Source: Escherichia phage vB_Ec-M-J. From it: DNA of 64,000 nucleotides. Made by a program: the position numbers and the translations under genes. The stretch lies in sequence record OQ718158.1; one strand, given 5' to 3'. The notes beneath the pieces are model-generated. The model searched no databases. It saw nothing but the letters and a program-made list of their open reading frames with translations, and was not told where the DNA came from. Of the stretch, positions 29,297-41,703 are shown piece after piece; the stretch's first letter is position 1; every line of letters begins with the position of its first letter.

Positions 29297-30127
29297 ATGT
29301 CATTGGAAAAAGTAATTATTTCTGAATTCCGAAAGTACATCATTGATTGTGATAGAGATACCCAGCGTAAGTTCAATGAGTATCTTGACAAATATCCATA
29401 TTTGATGTTTAATCCATTTGAAACTCAATCCGATGTTAATCTTGGATTTTACATTGGGTTTACACAACGAATTCTACAACAATATGAGATGAAACAGCCA
29501 GAGGTTTGGGTAGAAACTGATTCGAATGAGACGAATGTTTTTTATCTGTACTCTTATTATGCGGAAATTGTTAGTTCAATGACGCTAGAAGGGTATCTAT
29601 TCGTCAAAACATCTGATATTGAAAAAATATACATAGAACCTGTATCTTTGGATATGGTTGCCCAGCTTCCAACAGTTCAATATTTGGATGCAAATGAGTT
29701 GACATATTCGGTGTTTGAGTACCTTAACCGAGACGATTTAACTCAAGAAATTGAGAATATGGTTTCAAAATATACCACAACTCTTATATCTAATGGTTCA
29801 CTTAGAATAGAACTGATTTACGACGATACTAGTACTAATGCAGTACGAGGAACTCGAATTGGAAAAGTTACTATACGTGTTGTCCACAATGATGTAGTAC
29901 TTGGTTATATTTCGAAACGTGGTCATGACTTGTGTTTGATTAACACATATGTTATTGAACGAAAAGAATGGAACGATTTAATGCAAAAAATCGTAGACGG
30001 AAGTGGAATTCGTGATATAATGTGTAATGAGGTAGTGACAATGAATCCTGACATTGACTGTGATGTATATTTCCCAGTTCCTGGATTTACTCTACGTAAT
30101 TTTGGTACATTAAAGGGTACAAAATGA
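29297..30127 (+). CDS. hypothetical protein (276 aa)
   Basis: ORF-track start 29291 is TTG; first ATG is 29297. Confidence 0.7.
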   Translation: MSLEKVIISEFRKYIIDCDRDTQRKFNEYLDKYPYLMFNPFETQSDVNLGFYIGFTQRILQQYEMKQPEVWVETDSNETNVFYLYSYYAEIVSSMTLEGYLFVKTSDIEKIYIEPVSLDMVAQLPTVQYLDANELTYSVFEYLNRDDLTQEIENMVSKYTTTLISNGSLRIELIYDDTSTNAVRGTRIGKVTIRVVHNDVVLGYISKRGHDLCLINTYVIERKEWNDLMQKIVDGSGIRDIMCNEVVTMNPDIDCDVYFPVPGFTLRNFGTLKGTK

Positions 30128-30414
30128 AAATTTTAGAAGTCTTACTTGAAAAGGATGCATCTGGTACACTTTATGTTGGTAATGAGTTTAGTCCTGATCC
30201 AATTGATATGATGCAGCGTATTCAAACACTGACCCAATCAATTTCAGTTAAACAACCTTTCCTAAAAGAATTGGAAATTCACTGCGATAAAGATATGGAA
30301 CAACATGATAATGTTATTTCTGATATCAAAAGTCTATTGACAAAGAATGGATATGTGGAATATAATCCTTCTATCGTAATCGTTATCCCTGACTTTATGA
30401 AAGGAACATTGTAA
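30124..30414 (+). CDS. hypothetical protein (96 aa)
   Basis: ATGA-coupled. Confidence 0.65.
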   Translation: MKILEVLLEKDASGTLYVGNEFSPDPIDMMQRIQTLTQSISVKQPFLKELEIHCDKDMEQHDNVISDIKSLLTKNGYVEYNPSIVIVIPDFMKGTL

Positions 30415-30683
30415 TGACTAAAGAAGAAATGAAATCTCGCCTAAGCGAACTTAAGAAAGAACGAAAACTAGTCCGTTTGGACTGGGACATTCTTAACAAA
30501 AAAGATGAGCAATCATATGCTAACTGGAGTTCCGATAAAGTTCGCAATGACCGTTCCAAAGAAGACGCTAAACAGTTTATGGCATTGACCAAACGTTTAT
30601 CTTCACTGAATAGTGAAATTACAGGTCTTCAAAAGGAAATTATTTCAATTCTTCAAGTGGAGATCAACTCACTGTATGAATAA
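30414..30683 (+). CDS. hypothetical coiled-coil protein (89 aa)
   Basis: ORF, charged heptad-like sequence. Confidence 0.6.
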   Translation: MTKEEMKSRLSELKKERKLVRLDWDILNKKDEQSYANWSSDKVRNDRSKEDAKQFMALTKRLSSLNSEITGLQKEIISILQVEINSLYE

Positions 30684-30972
30684 ACATGAAGTGATTCATT
30701 TTGATGGTAAGATTTATGTACCAAACAATGATAGTACTGAATCTTATTATCTAATCAATGCAATTATGTCAGAAACACAAACATGTTGCCGTCAGCGTCC
30801 AGGTGAGTATGAGTTCAGTCAGACCATTGGTTATTATCGTTATACTGAACTTGATAAATTTACAATCGATTCTAAAAAAGTTATTGACGTTCTCACGAAG
30901 AACGGATATAATGAATCCGAATCAAACGAAACAGAGTTACCAGTCGTGAAATTTGTTCTAAAAAATAATTAA
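30676..30972 (+). CDS. hypothetical protein (98 aa)
   Basis: ORF-track GTG 30613 replaced by ATG 30676. Confidence 0.55.
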   Translation: MNKHEVIHFDGKIYVPNNDSTESYYLINAIMSETQTCCRQRPGEYEFSQTIGYYRYTELDKFTIDSKKVIDVLTKNGYNESESNETELPVVKFVLKNN

Positions 30973-31089
30973 TTTTTGGGACAACGCTGAAAAGCATGAT
31001 ATAATGTATATTATCGGCAGATGTAAAAATGCAAACCATTCCTCAATGATGAGGGTTTTTCATAAAAAAGAAATAAAAGGGTATTAAAA

Positions 31090-31299
31090 ATGGCTAAAGA
31101 AACTAACGCACAAGTACTAGATATCACCGACTTCGACCGCACTGTGAACTACATTCAGTTCCAGATTCATCAAGCTGAAGAAGCTCTCGCAGTATTCCAC
31201 GGTACTGGTGCAAGGCCAATCCGTTTTGCTCATCTAATTGCATGGAAGAAAAGTCTACAAGAAGAACTTTCTGAACTGCGTAAAGCAAACCGTAAGTAA
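31090..31299 (+). CDS. hypothetical protein (69 aa)
   Basis: ATG with SD aaaaggg. Confidence 0.6.
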   Translation: MAKETNAQVLDITDFDRTVNYIQFQIHQAEEALAVFHGTGARPIRFAHLIAWKKSLQEELSELRKANRK

Positions 31300-31306
31300 T
31301 TGATTT

Positions 31307-31337
31307 CCCGCCTCATCAATGTTGATGGGGCTTTTTT
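31307..31337 (+). terminator. Rho-independent terminator
   Basis: cccgcctcatcaa tgt tgatggggc then tttttt. Confidence 0.65.
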
Positions 31338-31364
31338 AATAAAATACAAACTGAGGATATATTA

Positions 31365-31871
31365 ATGAGTGTTGAATATTGGTTTTTGTTTATATGTCTT
31401 GGTACACTAGTACTGATTACATTGGGCTTAATCTTCAATACGGTAATCAGTGGTAGTAATTACTTCAAGTCCTTTCAACTTCTAATGTCAGCTATGCAGT
31501 ACAGTGACGAGGCAGAAGAAACCACTACGTTGATTTTGAATAAACTTGAAGCTAACTTACTGGTTGCTAAAATTTCTTCGTGTAATACAAATATTGTATT
31601 TTATGCATCACCCGTGGACATTAATGGGTACGAAATGAGTTACCAACCAGCCGTTGCTGAAATTTTTATTGGTTCTAAGTATTATGCATATGGATATATC
31701 CGAAAGTATTATACTGAAGCAAAAGCCGAGCTAACAAAGAAACGACCGTCAATTAAGACATTAAAGCGTATCATCGCACTAGAAAAGAAACTACGAGGTG
31801 ATGTGACAAAAAATGATTCACCCACTGTAGTAAATACAAAGAAAAAAAATAACGTAGTGGAGTTGGATTAA
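31365..31871 (+). CDS. membrane-anchored protein (168 aa)
   Basis: N-terminal TM WFLFICLGTLVLITLGLIF. Confidence 0.65.
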   Translation: MSVEYWFLFICLGTLVLITLGLIFNTVISGSNYFKSFQLLMSAMQYSDEAEETTTLILNKLEANLLVAKISSCNTNIVFYASPVDINGYEMSYQPAVAEIFIGSKYYAYGYIRKYYTEAKAELTKKRPSIKTLKRIIALEKKLRGDVTKNDSPTVVNTKKKNNVVELD

Positions 31872-32176
31872 TGGACGCAGATAAATCAAACAGTATTCTT
31901 ATTGATGTACAAACGAAGTTATTAGATGTTATGGAAATCATCAAAGATTTACCACAAGGATATCAGTTTAAAGTTCGTGAAATGTTATCTTGTGCAGAAA
32001 CGGTTGTGTCTATGTACAATGATGTGCAGCATGGAATTATCCCTGAAATTCTTCAAGATGGTCTAAATATTAACACAAAGATTCCAGCACAAGAGCCTGA
32101 AGAGGTTGTTCAGCCTGAACCAGAACCTCCTATACGTAAAGTACTGGATCTGTCTGGCATCAAAATTAACATCTAA
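31871..32176 (+). CDS. hypothetical protein (101 aa)
   Basis: ATGA-type coupling. Confidence 0.6.
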   Translation: MDADKSNSILIDVQTKLLDVMEIIKDLPQGYQFKVREMLSCAETVVSMYNDVQHGIIPEILQDGLNINTKIPAQEPEEVVQPEPEPPIRKVLDLSGIKINI

Positions 32177-32198
32177 AATACATTCAATAGGAGAAGTA

Positions 32199-32348
32199 AT
32201 GAGTAATCAAAAAATCGACTTAGTAGTAAAACTTCAAGAGATTCAAGCACTAGCTAAAGAACTTGATGAAAAACGTGCAGCAGCAGTTGATTCACTGTGT
32301 GCAACAATTCTGACTGTTTTTGCAGATTACGAAAAGAAATCTGATTAA
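32199..32348 (+). CDS. small coiled-coil protein (49 aa)
   Basis: ORF-track TTG 32106 overlaps upstream gene; ATG 32199 has SD aggaga. Confidence 0.4.
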   Translation: MSNQKIDLVVKLQEIQALAKELDEKRAAAVDSLCATILTVFADYEKKSD

Positions 32349-32360
32349 ACATTACTTTAT

Positions 32361-32387
32361 ACCCAGTCTAGTACTGGGTATTTTTTT
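32361..32387 (+). terminator. Rho-independent terminator
   Basis: acccagt ctagt actgggt then ttttttt. Confidence 0.7.
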
Positions 32388-32398
32388 AAGGAAATAAA

Positions 32399-32791
32399 AT
32401 GACTGAATCAGAACTACATGAAATGATAGATTTCATTTATGAAATGATACAAGATAAAAATAACATCAATACAATTATTTCTGGTCCAAGACAAATTGGT
32501 AATCAAATGACATATTCTTTATCTTTATGGATAAAACAGAACTACAAAGTTGATTGTTTGTATTTCCGTCCTGATATTGATGCTTATTATTTTGTCAATC
32601 ATGATGCATTAATGAAACCAAATAAGCGTCCAGTTGATGATACCTTTGTGACACACCCATTTTACCTGGCTGATTCCGAAGAAGATGAGTTTCAAAAGAA
32701 CACAACGTTAAGCCCAGGTGAAATTTGCATCCCTTACACACTAAAAGATAAAATGATTTACATCACAGAAGTTATGAAAACATGCTGGTAA
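32399..32791 (+). CDS. FQxS-like family protein (130 aa), divergent
   Basis: SEEDEFQKNTTLS. Confidence 0.65.
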   Translation: MTESELHEMIDFIYEMIQDKNNINTIISGPRQIGNQMTYSLSLWIKQNYKVDCLYFRPDIDAYYFVNHDALMKPNKRPVDDTFVTHPFYLADSEEDEFQKNTTLSPGEICIPYTLKDKMIYITEVMKTCW

Positions 32792-32839
32792 GTGCAATGA
32801 AACTCTGATATAATACAAATAATGATAATAGGAGGATAT

Positions 32840-33058
32840 ATGAAATTTATTAATTTTGATATTTCTAAGGTCAAAGAATTATTTGTAAGAAATGCAGTTT
32901 ATGATATCATGTTACATAACGGTACTGTACAAGAAGATGTTGTATTGTTTTCGTTTGATGGTGAAAATCTCGAAACTATATATAAATTCAGCAACTTAGA
33001 TGGTGACTTTTGGGAAACCAGTGCTGTTAAAATGTATAGAATTAAAAAGGAGCAGTAA
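32840..33058 (+). CDS. hypothetical protein (72 aa)
   Basis: ATG 32840 with SD ggagga. Confidence 0.55.
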   Translation: MKFINFDISKVKELFVRNAVYDIMLHNGTVQEDVVLFSFDGENLETIYKFSNLDGDFWETSAVKMYRIKKEQ

Positions 33059-33059
33059 T

Positions 33060-33548
33060 ATGCCAATTCGTGGTGTACCAGAACCATTAATGGAAGTTAT
33101 TAAGCATGTTCGCATTGGAGATCGAGAAGTTAATCTTCGCCGTAATAACATTTTTTACTTTAAAACTTCAGAAATGAGTTCTGTACAGATTGTCATTGGT
33201 ACATCTATTAAGATTACTCGTGTACTTGATGGTAGTACTGACTTCGTTGAATATAATGTACTTACTAATAAAGTAACGCATATATATAAATGGAGTGGGT
33301 ATAAAACTATTAAGTATGAATTTGACTTAGCTAGAACTGAAGAAGAACGATTTATGCTGAGTACTATCAATCCAGCAAACTATCCTGACCTTGATGCATT
33401 TTTGCTAATTTTAAAATTGTATAATGAAGCAAATCAGAAAGCCAAAGATTATGATAGAATCATGTATGAACGCCGAAAAGAACGTGCACAAAAAAGTTAT
33501 GATCTGTATGATAGCCCATACGTGAAATATAGTAAGGGGTCGAAATGA
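33060..33548 (+). CDS. FQxS-motif family protein, FM variant (162 aa)
   Basis: TEEERFMLSTINP; ATG 33060 with SD aaaaggag. Confidence 0.65.
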   Translation: MPIRGVPEPLMEVIKHVRIGDREVNLRRNNIFYFKTSEMSSVQIVIGTSIKITRVLDGSTDFVEYNVLTNKVTHIYKWSGYKTIKYEFDLARTEEERFMLSTINPANYPDLDAFLLILKLYNEANQKAKDYDRIMYERRKERAQKSYDLYDSPYVKYSKGSK

Positions 33549-33949
33549 ATAAAGAAGTTCAAATTATCATAACTCCACCTATACAAAGTCTGGATGTATC
33601 CATTAGTGATTTTTTGGAAAAATACTATGAATGGTTTAATGAAGATTCAGTAATTTATAACCATTCATTACCTGATGGTTTCGTTGAGCTTATTGAATTA
33701 AATGCCAAATCACTATACTTCTGTGTTGAATACAATGATTATATGACAGATGAAGCATATCGTTTTCGTTGTACATTGTATCCTAACCATTTTTCCATTG
33801 GTTATAAAGACTATCAGTACTGCACCACAAACTATAGTGTAGAGGAAGAATTTCAGTACAATTTACTTTATCCTGATTTGGATTATACGATTGCAGTACT
33901 GTTGACTAAAATCATGGATTTTTATAAAGATAAATATAATGCAGCCTAA
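33545..33949 (+). CDS. FQxS-like family protein (134 aa), divergent
   Basis: VEEEFQYNLLYPD. Confidence 0.65.
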   Translation: MNKEVQIIITPPIQSLDVSISDFLEKYYEWFNEDSVIYNHSLPDGFVELIELNAKSLYFCVEYNDYMTDEAYRFRCTLYPNHFSIGYKDYQYCTTNYSVEEEFQYNLLYPDLDYTIAVLLTKIMDFYKDKYNAA

Positions 33950-34124
33950 GACATTTGATGAGTGGTTTAATCTACACTATAATATAAATGCAGCAGATAT
34001 ATACTATTTTAAGCTTGAATTGTATATATCATTGCGTAACCCAATTGAGTACTATAACAACATTATCAATTGTGATGATTTTGGTACATATTTTAGTATA
34101 GCAGTCATGGACAAAATAAGATGA
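33939..34124 (+). CDS. hypothetical protein (61 aa)
   Basis: ORF overlapping upstream by 11 nt. Confidence 0.5.
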   Translation: MQPKTFDEWFNLHYNINAADIYYFKLELYISLRNPIEYYNNIINCDDFGTYFSIAVMDKIR

Positions 34125-34291
34125 CACACAAAGAATGGTTAGATGAACTAAAATTTAAACATAATCCTTTTGGTTTTGGTATACGCCAAGGTCATTATGA
34201 TGTGTTAAAAGATAAACAACTTTTCAAATCATTTGTACTTGATGAGGATAGTAATCACTGGTACATCTATGAGCTTGCAATTAGGAAATAG
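34121..34291 (+). CDS. small protein of the MTHxEW mini-family (56 aa), not in ORF track
   Basis: N-terminus MTHKEWLDELKF resembles the three tandem genes at 35620-36106; ATGA overlap. Confidence 0.45.
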   Translation: MTHKEWLDELKFKHNPFGFGIRQGHYDVLKDKQLFKSFVLDEDSNHWYIYELAIRK

Positions 34292-34301
34292 AAGATATAG
34301 T

Positions 34302-34651
<350 letters not shown>

Positions 34652-34664
34652 CGAGGAATCCAAA

Positions 34665-34862
34665 GTGACTAAAGCAGAACTTGTAGCATTATTGGAATCA
34701 TATCCCGATGATGCATGTATTGAAGTTGTTCATAGTGCGAGACATTTTGACATTGAAGATGTAGTACGTTATAATGATAAAGGTGTACTCATCATGGAAC
34801 TATGTATTGGTGAAATGAAAACTGTACCCGAATCAGAAAAACGTAAAAATAGTAAACCGTAA
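34665..34862 (+). CDS. hypothetical protein (65 aa), GTG start
   Basis: GTG preceded by SD acgaggaa. Confidence 0.5.
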   Translation: MTKAELVALLESYPDDACIEVVHSARHFDIEDVVRYNDKGVLIMELCIGEMKTVPESEKRKNSKP

Positions 34863-34872
34863 GGAAAATAAA

Positions 34873-35091
34873 ATGGAATCTACTCTATTAGAAGTTATTA
34901 ACTCATTAAACGCTGGCGACAATGTTCAAGTACTCCTACAGGGATACCGTGTAAAAGGTTCAGTAGTTTTAGTTAATGACACCACTGTTGTTGTAACTGA
35001 AACTAACCCGTTTGACAGTAATGAACTTGCTAATATCCATATTGATATTAAAAGTATTATTGGTGTTGGTGTAACTAAACCACAAGAATAA
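34873..35091 (+). CDS. hypothetical protein (72 aa)
   Basis: ATG with SD aaggaaaa. Confidence 0.55.
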   Translation: MESTLLEVINSLNAGDNVQVLLQGYRVKGSVVLVNDTTVVVTETNPFDSNELANIHIDIKSIIGVGVTKPQE

Positions 35092-35112
35092 CAATTGTTA
35101 TTGGGGATTACT

Positions 35113-35379
35113 ATGCATTTTGAAAAATTCAATACAAATCGTAACACACGCATTGACGTTCTTTATGAAACACAAGACTCAATAAGCATTCGTACACGTA
35201 GTGGTGATGTATATCATGACTGTACTATTGGTTGGGAACAGGGAAGAACACGTAGTGCAGAATTCGATAACTATCGCTTCTACCAAGGGGACACCACAAT
35301 CTGGCCTGAAGACGTAGAAGATATTGCGTTTGAAGATGAACATAAAGATGAATTTATAAAATTTAATCCCGAATCATAA
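35113..35379 (+). CDS. hypothetical protein (88 aa)
   Basis: ORF-track TTG 35095; first ATG 35113. Confidence 0.55.
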   Translation: MHFEKFNTNRNTRIDVLYETQDSISIRTRSGDVYHDCTIGWEQGRTRSAEFDNYRFYQGDTTIWPEDVEDIAFEDEHKDEFIKFNPES

Positions 35380-35396
35380 ATATTGGAACAGACTAT

Positions 35397-35512
<116 letters not shown>

Positions 35513-35516
35513 AAAT

Positions 35517-35602
<86 letters not shown>

Positions 35603-35619
35603 CAATTAAAGGTTAAACC

Positions 35620-35780
<161 letters not shown>

Positions 35781-35784
<4 letters not shown>

Positions 35785-35941
35785 CACATGAAGAATGGAT
35801 GAATGACATTAATTTTAGATATTCGGGTATCGGTAAATGGCTAAAGTATCATTGGGAATTCATTTCAGAGCCACATCTGTATGATAAACTTATCAACGAT
35901 CCAGCATATGAAATGTACTTAATTGAACTACTGGTACGAAT

Positions 35942-35945
<4 letters not shown>
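35781..35945 (+). CDS. small protein, MTHEEW mini-family copy 2 (54 aa)
   Basis: MTHEEWMNDINFRYSGIGKW...; near-identical 5' 50 nt to copy 1. Confidence 0.5.
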
Positions 35946-36113
<168 letters not shown>

Positions 36114-36114
36114 G

Positions 36115-36536
<422 letters not shown>

Positions 36537-36540
<4 letters not shown>

Positions 36541-36565
36541 CTAAATAGTTCAGTACTGATATAAT
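36537..36565 (+). promoter_or_regulatory. sigma70-type promoter, repeated cassette copy 2
   Basis: Identical 22-nt ttgactaaatagttcagtactg then aTATAAT; -35 overlaps stop codon. Confidence 0.6.
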
Positions 36566-36571
36566 GAATTC

Positions 36572-36912
36572 CACAATCAGACGTATATGGTGTAAGTTAC
36601 GTCGATGTAATCCAGAACAAGATCTCTGGTACTCTAGGAAGTGGTGAATGTTAACCTAGACGGGTTTGATAATTGGACGATAGGCAATTATTACTTGACT
36701 AGCAGGTTTAAACTAGAGGTGACAGTCCTTTACCAAACTGGAAAACCGGATGGACTTTTATTTAAAAGGGTAAGGCGTGGAAATATGTTTACAGTAGTTG
36801 CTTTTAGTAGCCTGTACGCCCCACGTCAAGGTAGCCGAAAGGCAAGTTAAAACGGGTGGTTATAAAGCTGAATTAACAGCGGCGTTTAAAAGCGTCACCA
36901 TCCATTTTTTTT
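36572..36912 (+). ncRNA. candidate structured non-coding RNA (~340 nt), unknown class
   Basis: No well-initiated ORF; locally elevated GC; several hairpins; bounded by promoter copy 2 and T8 run at 36905-36912. Confidence 0.3.
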
Positions 36913-36928
36913 AATTAAAGTTGGTGAT

Positions 36929-37568
<640 letters not shown>

Positions 37569-37572
37569 CAAA

Positions 37573-37730
<158 letters not shown>

Positions 37731-37755
37731 CAAAAAAAAACAATGAGAGGTATAA

Positions 37756-38253
<498 letters not shown>

Positions 38254-38254
38254 T

Positions 38255-38286
<32 letters not shown>

Positions 38287-38330
38287 GATTCCCGATTCAG
38301 TAGTTTTAAAGCAGACCCGTATGTGCCTAT

Positions 38331-38422
<92 letters not shown>

Positions 38423-38441
38423 AGAGGTACTTCGAGTATGC

Positions 38442-38493
<52 letters not shown>

Positions 38494-38582
38494 TCAGTAC
38501 TACTTTTTAATTGACATATCATTGGATGAGGTGTAATATGGTTCAAGAAGAAAACTGGGGTTTTTAACACAAAGAGGCCAAT

Positions 38583-38629
<47 letters not shown>

Positions 38630-38654
38630 TGCTGCACCTATGCCTACTCTTGGC

Positions 38655-38725
<71 letters not shown>

Positions 38726-38726
38726 A

Positions 38727-38766
<40 letters not shown>

Positions 38767-38894
38767 TCAGGTCGATTAGTTAAAAGAGTATAACACGGAC
38801 CTTGTAAGTCTGAATAATCAGTGCAATTCTGATATTGACCTCAAAAATGATATTTTTCTTACATATAAATACTCCATAATATATGGAGAACTAT

Positions 38895-39290
38895 ATGAAA
38901 GAAAAACGTTATTGTACATGTTGTAAAATTGAATTGGTTCGAAAGGGCCAAACAAAATATTGTAGTGTTGCATGTCAACAAGAGCTACAATATCAACAGA
39001 AAGTTGATAAATGGCTTAACGGTGAACATCCTGGATATAAAGGTATTACCATACAGTTATGTCCATTTGTGAGAAGATATCTACATGAAACACGCGGAAC
39101 TGCATGTGAAGAATGTGGATGGGATAAACGTCATCCAATAGATGGTGCAGTACTGACAGAAGTTGAGCACATTGATGGTGATGCTACAAATAATGACCTA
39201 CCAAATTTAAAAATCCTTTGCCCTAATTGTCATTCGATGACACCAACATTCAGAGCAAGGAACAAGAACTCCGCAAGGAATCGTAAATAA
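38895..39290 (+). CDS. HNH homing-type endonuclease (131 aa)
   Basis: N-terminal Cys-rich zinc ribbon; HNH core EVEHIDGDATNNDLPNLKILCPNCH; ATG 38895 with SD ggag. Confidence 0.8.
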   Translation: MKEKRYCTCCKIELVRKGQTKYCSVACQQELQYQQKVDKWLNGEHPGYKGITIQLCPFVRRYLHETRGTACEECGWDKRHPIDGAVLTEVEHIDGDATNNDLPNLKILCPNCHSMTPTFRARNKNSARNRK

Positions 39291-39306
39291 TTTTTTAAGG
39301 TACAAT

Positions 39307-39726
39307 ATGACATACAACATTGTTAAAATGGTGAACTACGTATTAAAAAACAACGCATGGTCACTGCATGATGTACAATTAGAAGATATTGGTGAAGTTA
39401 GAGTTTTTTGCTATGATGACGATTTGAACGAAACCACAGATTTGAGTAAATGTTTTAATATTTTTCTTGGTTATGAAATCGATAATCATTTTTATTCATT
39501 TGATGTGTATGTTGAACGAGTTAAAATCAGAATTTCTAATGTAAATAGTGATTATTTTGACACTATTATGATTGAATTGAATTTTGACGATATTGATACT
39601 GAAGAAAAATTCTTTCAGTACTGTCTCGTAAACGATCTAAATGGATTGACATTTGAGGACATTAAAGCTATACTTATAGTTCAAAGATTAATTCCAGAAG
39701 AGGTTATAAATCCCTTTAATGACTAG
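39307..39726 (+). CDS. FQxS-motif family protein (139 aa)
   Basis: TEEKFFQYCLVND. Confidence 0.7.
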   Translation: MTYNIVKMVNYVLKNNAWSLHDVQLEDIGEVRVFCYDDDLNETTDLSKCFNIFLGYEIDNHFYSFDVYVERVKIRISNVNSDYFDTIMIELNFDDIDTEEKFFQYCLVNDLNGLTFEDIKAILIVQRLIPEEVINPFND

Positions 39727-40078
39727 TTTAATAACTCGTATAATGCAAGATGTTCGTAAGAATCTTCATACTGGTAATTTTGATGATCCTAACATAAAAA
39801 TATTATGTTATGATGTATTCACACTGGTACACCCATCTGAATCTAATAATATATACATAGCATATACTTCTCCTAATATTTTGTATCAATTTGACTTATA
39901 TAGTACAATGGCTAAGATAACATTAGATGTTTCTAAGGAGCCATTTTTTATAGCAGTACGTGATTTTGAGTACACAGAAGAGTCATTATTCCAGTACTCA
40001 ATGATAAATGACATTGGTGACTTGACATTAGAAGAGATAAATGTTATAGTTGGTATGTGTCGTTTGATTAATCCATAA
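39719..40078 (+). CDS. FQxS-motif family protein (119 aa)
   Basis: TEESLFQYSMIND. Confidence 0.7.
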   Translation: MTSLITRIMQDVRKNLHTGNFDDPNIKILCYDVFTLVHPSESNNIYIAYTSPNILYQFDLYSTMAKITLDVSKEPFFIAVRDFEYTEESLFQYSMINDIGDLTLEEINVIVGMCRLINP

Positions 40079-40091
40079 CTCGGAGCTTAAT

Positions 40092-40283
40092 ATGTTTTTG
40101 AATTTGTTATGCTTATTTGGTCGTACATTGGTTCTTGCTATTATTCATACACCTGGTATTCGTAATTATGTTTCTTATGAATTTAAGAAAAATTACCACA
40201 ACAATACTGAAGTTCGTGCAACTAAGATGTGCAAAGACTTCAATGGAGATGTTCCACCATTCAAGAAGTACGAGGATGAATAA
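40092..40283 (+). CDS. small hydrophobic protein (63 aa)
   Basis: ATG with SD cggagc; N-terminal hydrophobic segment. Confidence 0.45.
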   Translation: MFLNLLCLFGRTLVLAIIHTPGIRNYVSYEFKKNYHNNTEVRATKMCKDFNGDVPPFKKYEDE

Positions 40284-40567
40284 TGGAATTTATTGTTGCA
40301 CCTGATGAACTAAAAACATTCACGTTCCGAGACAATAACAATTATCCTTATACAAATCATTCATTGAATTCATTGCATGTTATTTCAATCATTGCATCTG
40401 AATACAGAGACAATCCATGTATTGATTTTAAAACCACTGATGGTGAATATACATGGGTAGTTCCGAACGATAAATACAGTTATCAGGGTGCAGTAGAGAT
40501 CCGCGACTCGATTCTAAAGCAAATCGAAGATGGACATACTCATCCTAAACTAAACATTCAGTACTGA
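40283..40567 (+). CDS. hypothetical protein (94 aa)
   Basis: Start overlaps upstream stop. Confidence 0.6.
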   Translation: MEFIVAPDELKTFTFRDNNNYPYTNHSLNSLHVISIIASEYRDNPCIDFKTTDGEYTWVVPNDKYSYQGAVEIRDSILKQIEDGHTHPKLNIQY

Positions 40568-40758
40568 AATCGTTTAACCGGATAGCTTCTAGTCGGTACT
40601 GAATTCCTCCTTTTGTCTAGAAGCTATCACTCTTTTAAAGTATAATGATATCACCCTCATGGTTCATTATATTCGTTACCCTCTAACAGTATCTTTTTAT
40701 TCCTCTTTGATACTGTATTTTAGAAGTTGACATTTTTACTTCTACTGTGTTATACTTA

Positions 40759-40789
40759 AGGCTGATTCATTATGAATCGGCCTTTTTTC
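40759..40789 (+). terminator. Rho-independent terminator / leader hairpin
   Basis: aggctgattcat t atgaatcggcct then tttttt; a TTGACA-18-TATACT promoter-like pair (40727-40756) sits immediately upstream. Confidence 0.55.
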
Positions 40790-40806
40790 TTGTGGGGATT
40801 AATGTA

Positions 40807-41223
40807 ATGAATAAAGAAGTTATTAGTTTAATGGATGAGTATATCAACCAAACATATCGTTTTATATTTTTTAATGCATTTGAGTCCAGGACAACGTATC
40901 ATTCTGGTGAATATGAGATAATAACTGGATCATTTCTTAACGGATACATGGAGTTTTTAGAACAAAGCGATAATGTTTTCATTTCCATATCTGAAAAACA
41001 TGGTGATGATTATGTTATTGATGTATGGCCTAATAAAGTAGAGATTGACACTACAAAGAAAATTGTAATTGATGTGGACGAATCATTGTATGATTTAACT
41101 GAAGATATGTATATGCAACTAAATTTCGTATACGATCTAACTAACATAAGTTATTCTAATCTAAGTAAATTATTTTATATTTGTGGTGTACTACATAAAA
41201 ACGTACAACAAAATAAAGGATAA
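40807..41223 (+). CDS. FQxS-like family protein, divergent (138 aa)
   Basis: TEDMYMQLNFVYD; ORF-track GTG 40747 runs through the terminator hairpin; first ATG is 40807. Confidence 0.6.
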   Translation: MNKEVISLMDEYINQTYRFIFFNAFESRTTYHSGEYEIITGSFLNGYMEFLEQSDNVFISISEKHGDDYVIDVWPNKVEIDTTKKIVIDVDESLYDLTEDMYMQLNFVYDLTNISYSNLSKLFYICGVLHKNVQQNKG

Positions 41224-41295
41224 ACATTTAAATGTTGACAATTGACAACATAAATGGTATCTTTGAAATTGCCAGAAACCTACGAGGAATATGAT

Positions 41296-41703
41296 ATGGT
41301 CAAAATTTTAAGTGACAATGCGGTTGATATTGTCATTGATGTACTTGAAAACAGTAATACATTTGAGAAGAAACACAGTACTGTATACTTCGGTAAAGAT
41401 TGTTGGCTGAACTATACATCTGATAGTTCATTTATAATTCGTGTTGAGAAGGGTGATATTGGATTAACGATACATGCTTCCTATACTAAAACAATCACTG
41501 TTATTGCCAACAAGCCAAGTACTTCTGATTTCTGGGATAGAATTGATGATTGTGACCATTTCATGTCAACATTCTATAAAACAGAAGAAGAACATTTCAT
41601 GGATAGTACTGTCAAAGAATTAGCTATTCCATTTAAACTTATGAAAGCAGCAAGAGATTTTATTTTAAAATACAAAAAAATAGGAGTTGATGATGCAATT
41701 TAA
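41296..41703 (+). CDS. FQxS-motif family protein, FM variant (135 aa)
   Basis: TEEEHFMDSTVKE; ATG 41296 with SD cgaggaa (alternative ATG 41254). Confidence 0.65.
   Translation: MVKILSDNAVDIVIDVLENSNTFEKKHSTVYFGKDCWLNYTSDSSFIIRVEKGDIGLTIHASYTKTITVIANKPSTSDFWDRIDDCDHFMSTFYKTEEEHFMDSTVKELAIPFKLMKAARDFILKYKKIGVDDAI

Noticed and set aside
36641-36850. 69-codon ORF in the GC-rich region after the promoter cassette
   Set aside because: Starts at GTG only 2 nt after the SD-like sequence and uses G/C-rich codons atypical of the genome; region treated as candidate ncRNA instead.
40117-40305. Alternative-frame ORF overlapping 40092-40283
   Set aside because: The 40092 frame has an SD and ATG; the 40117 frame does not.
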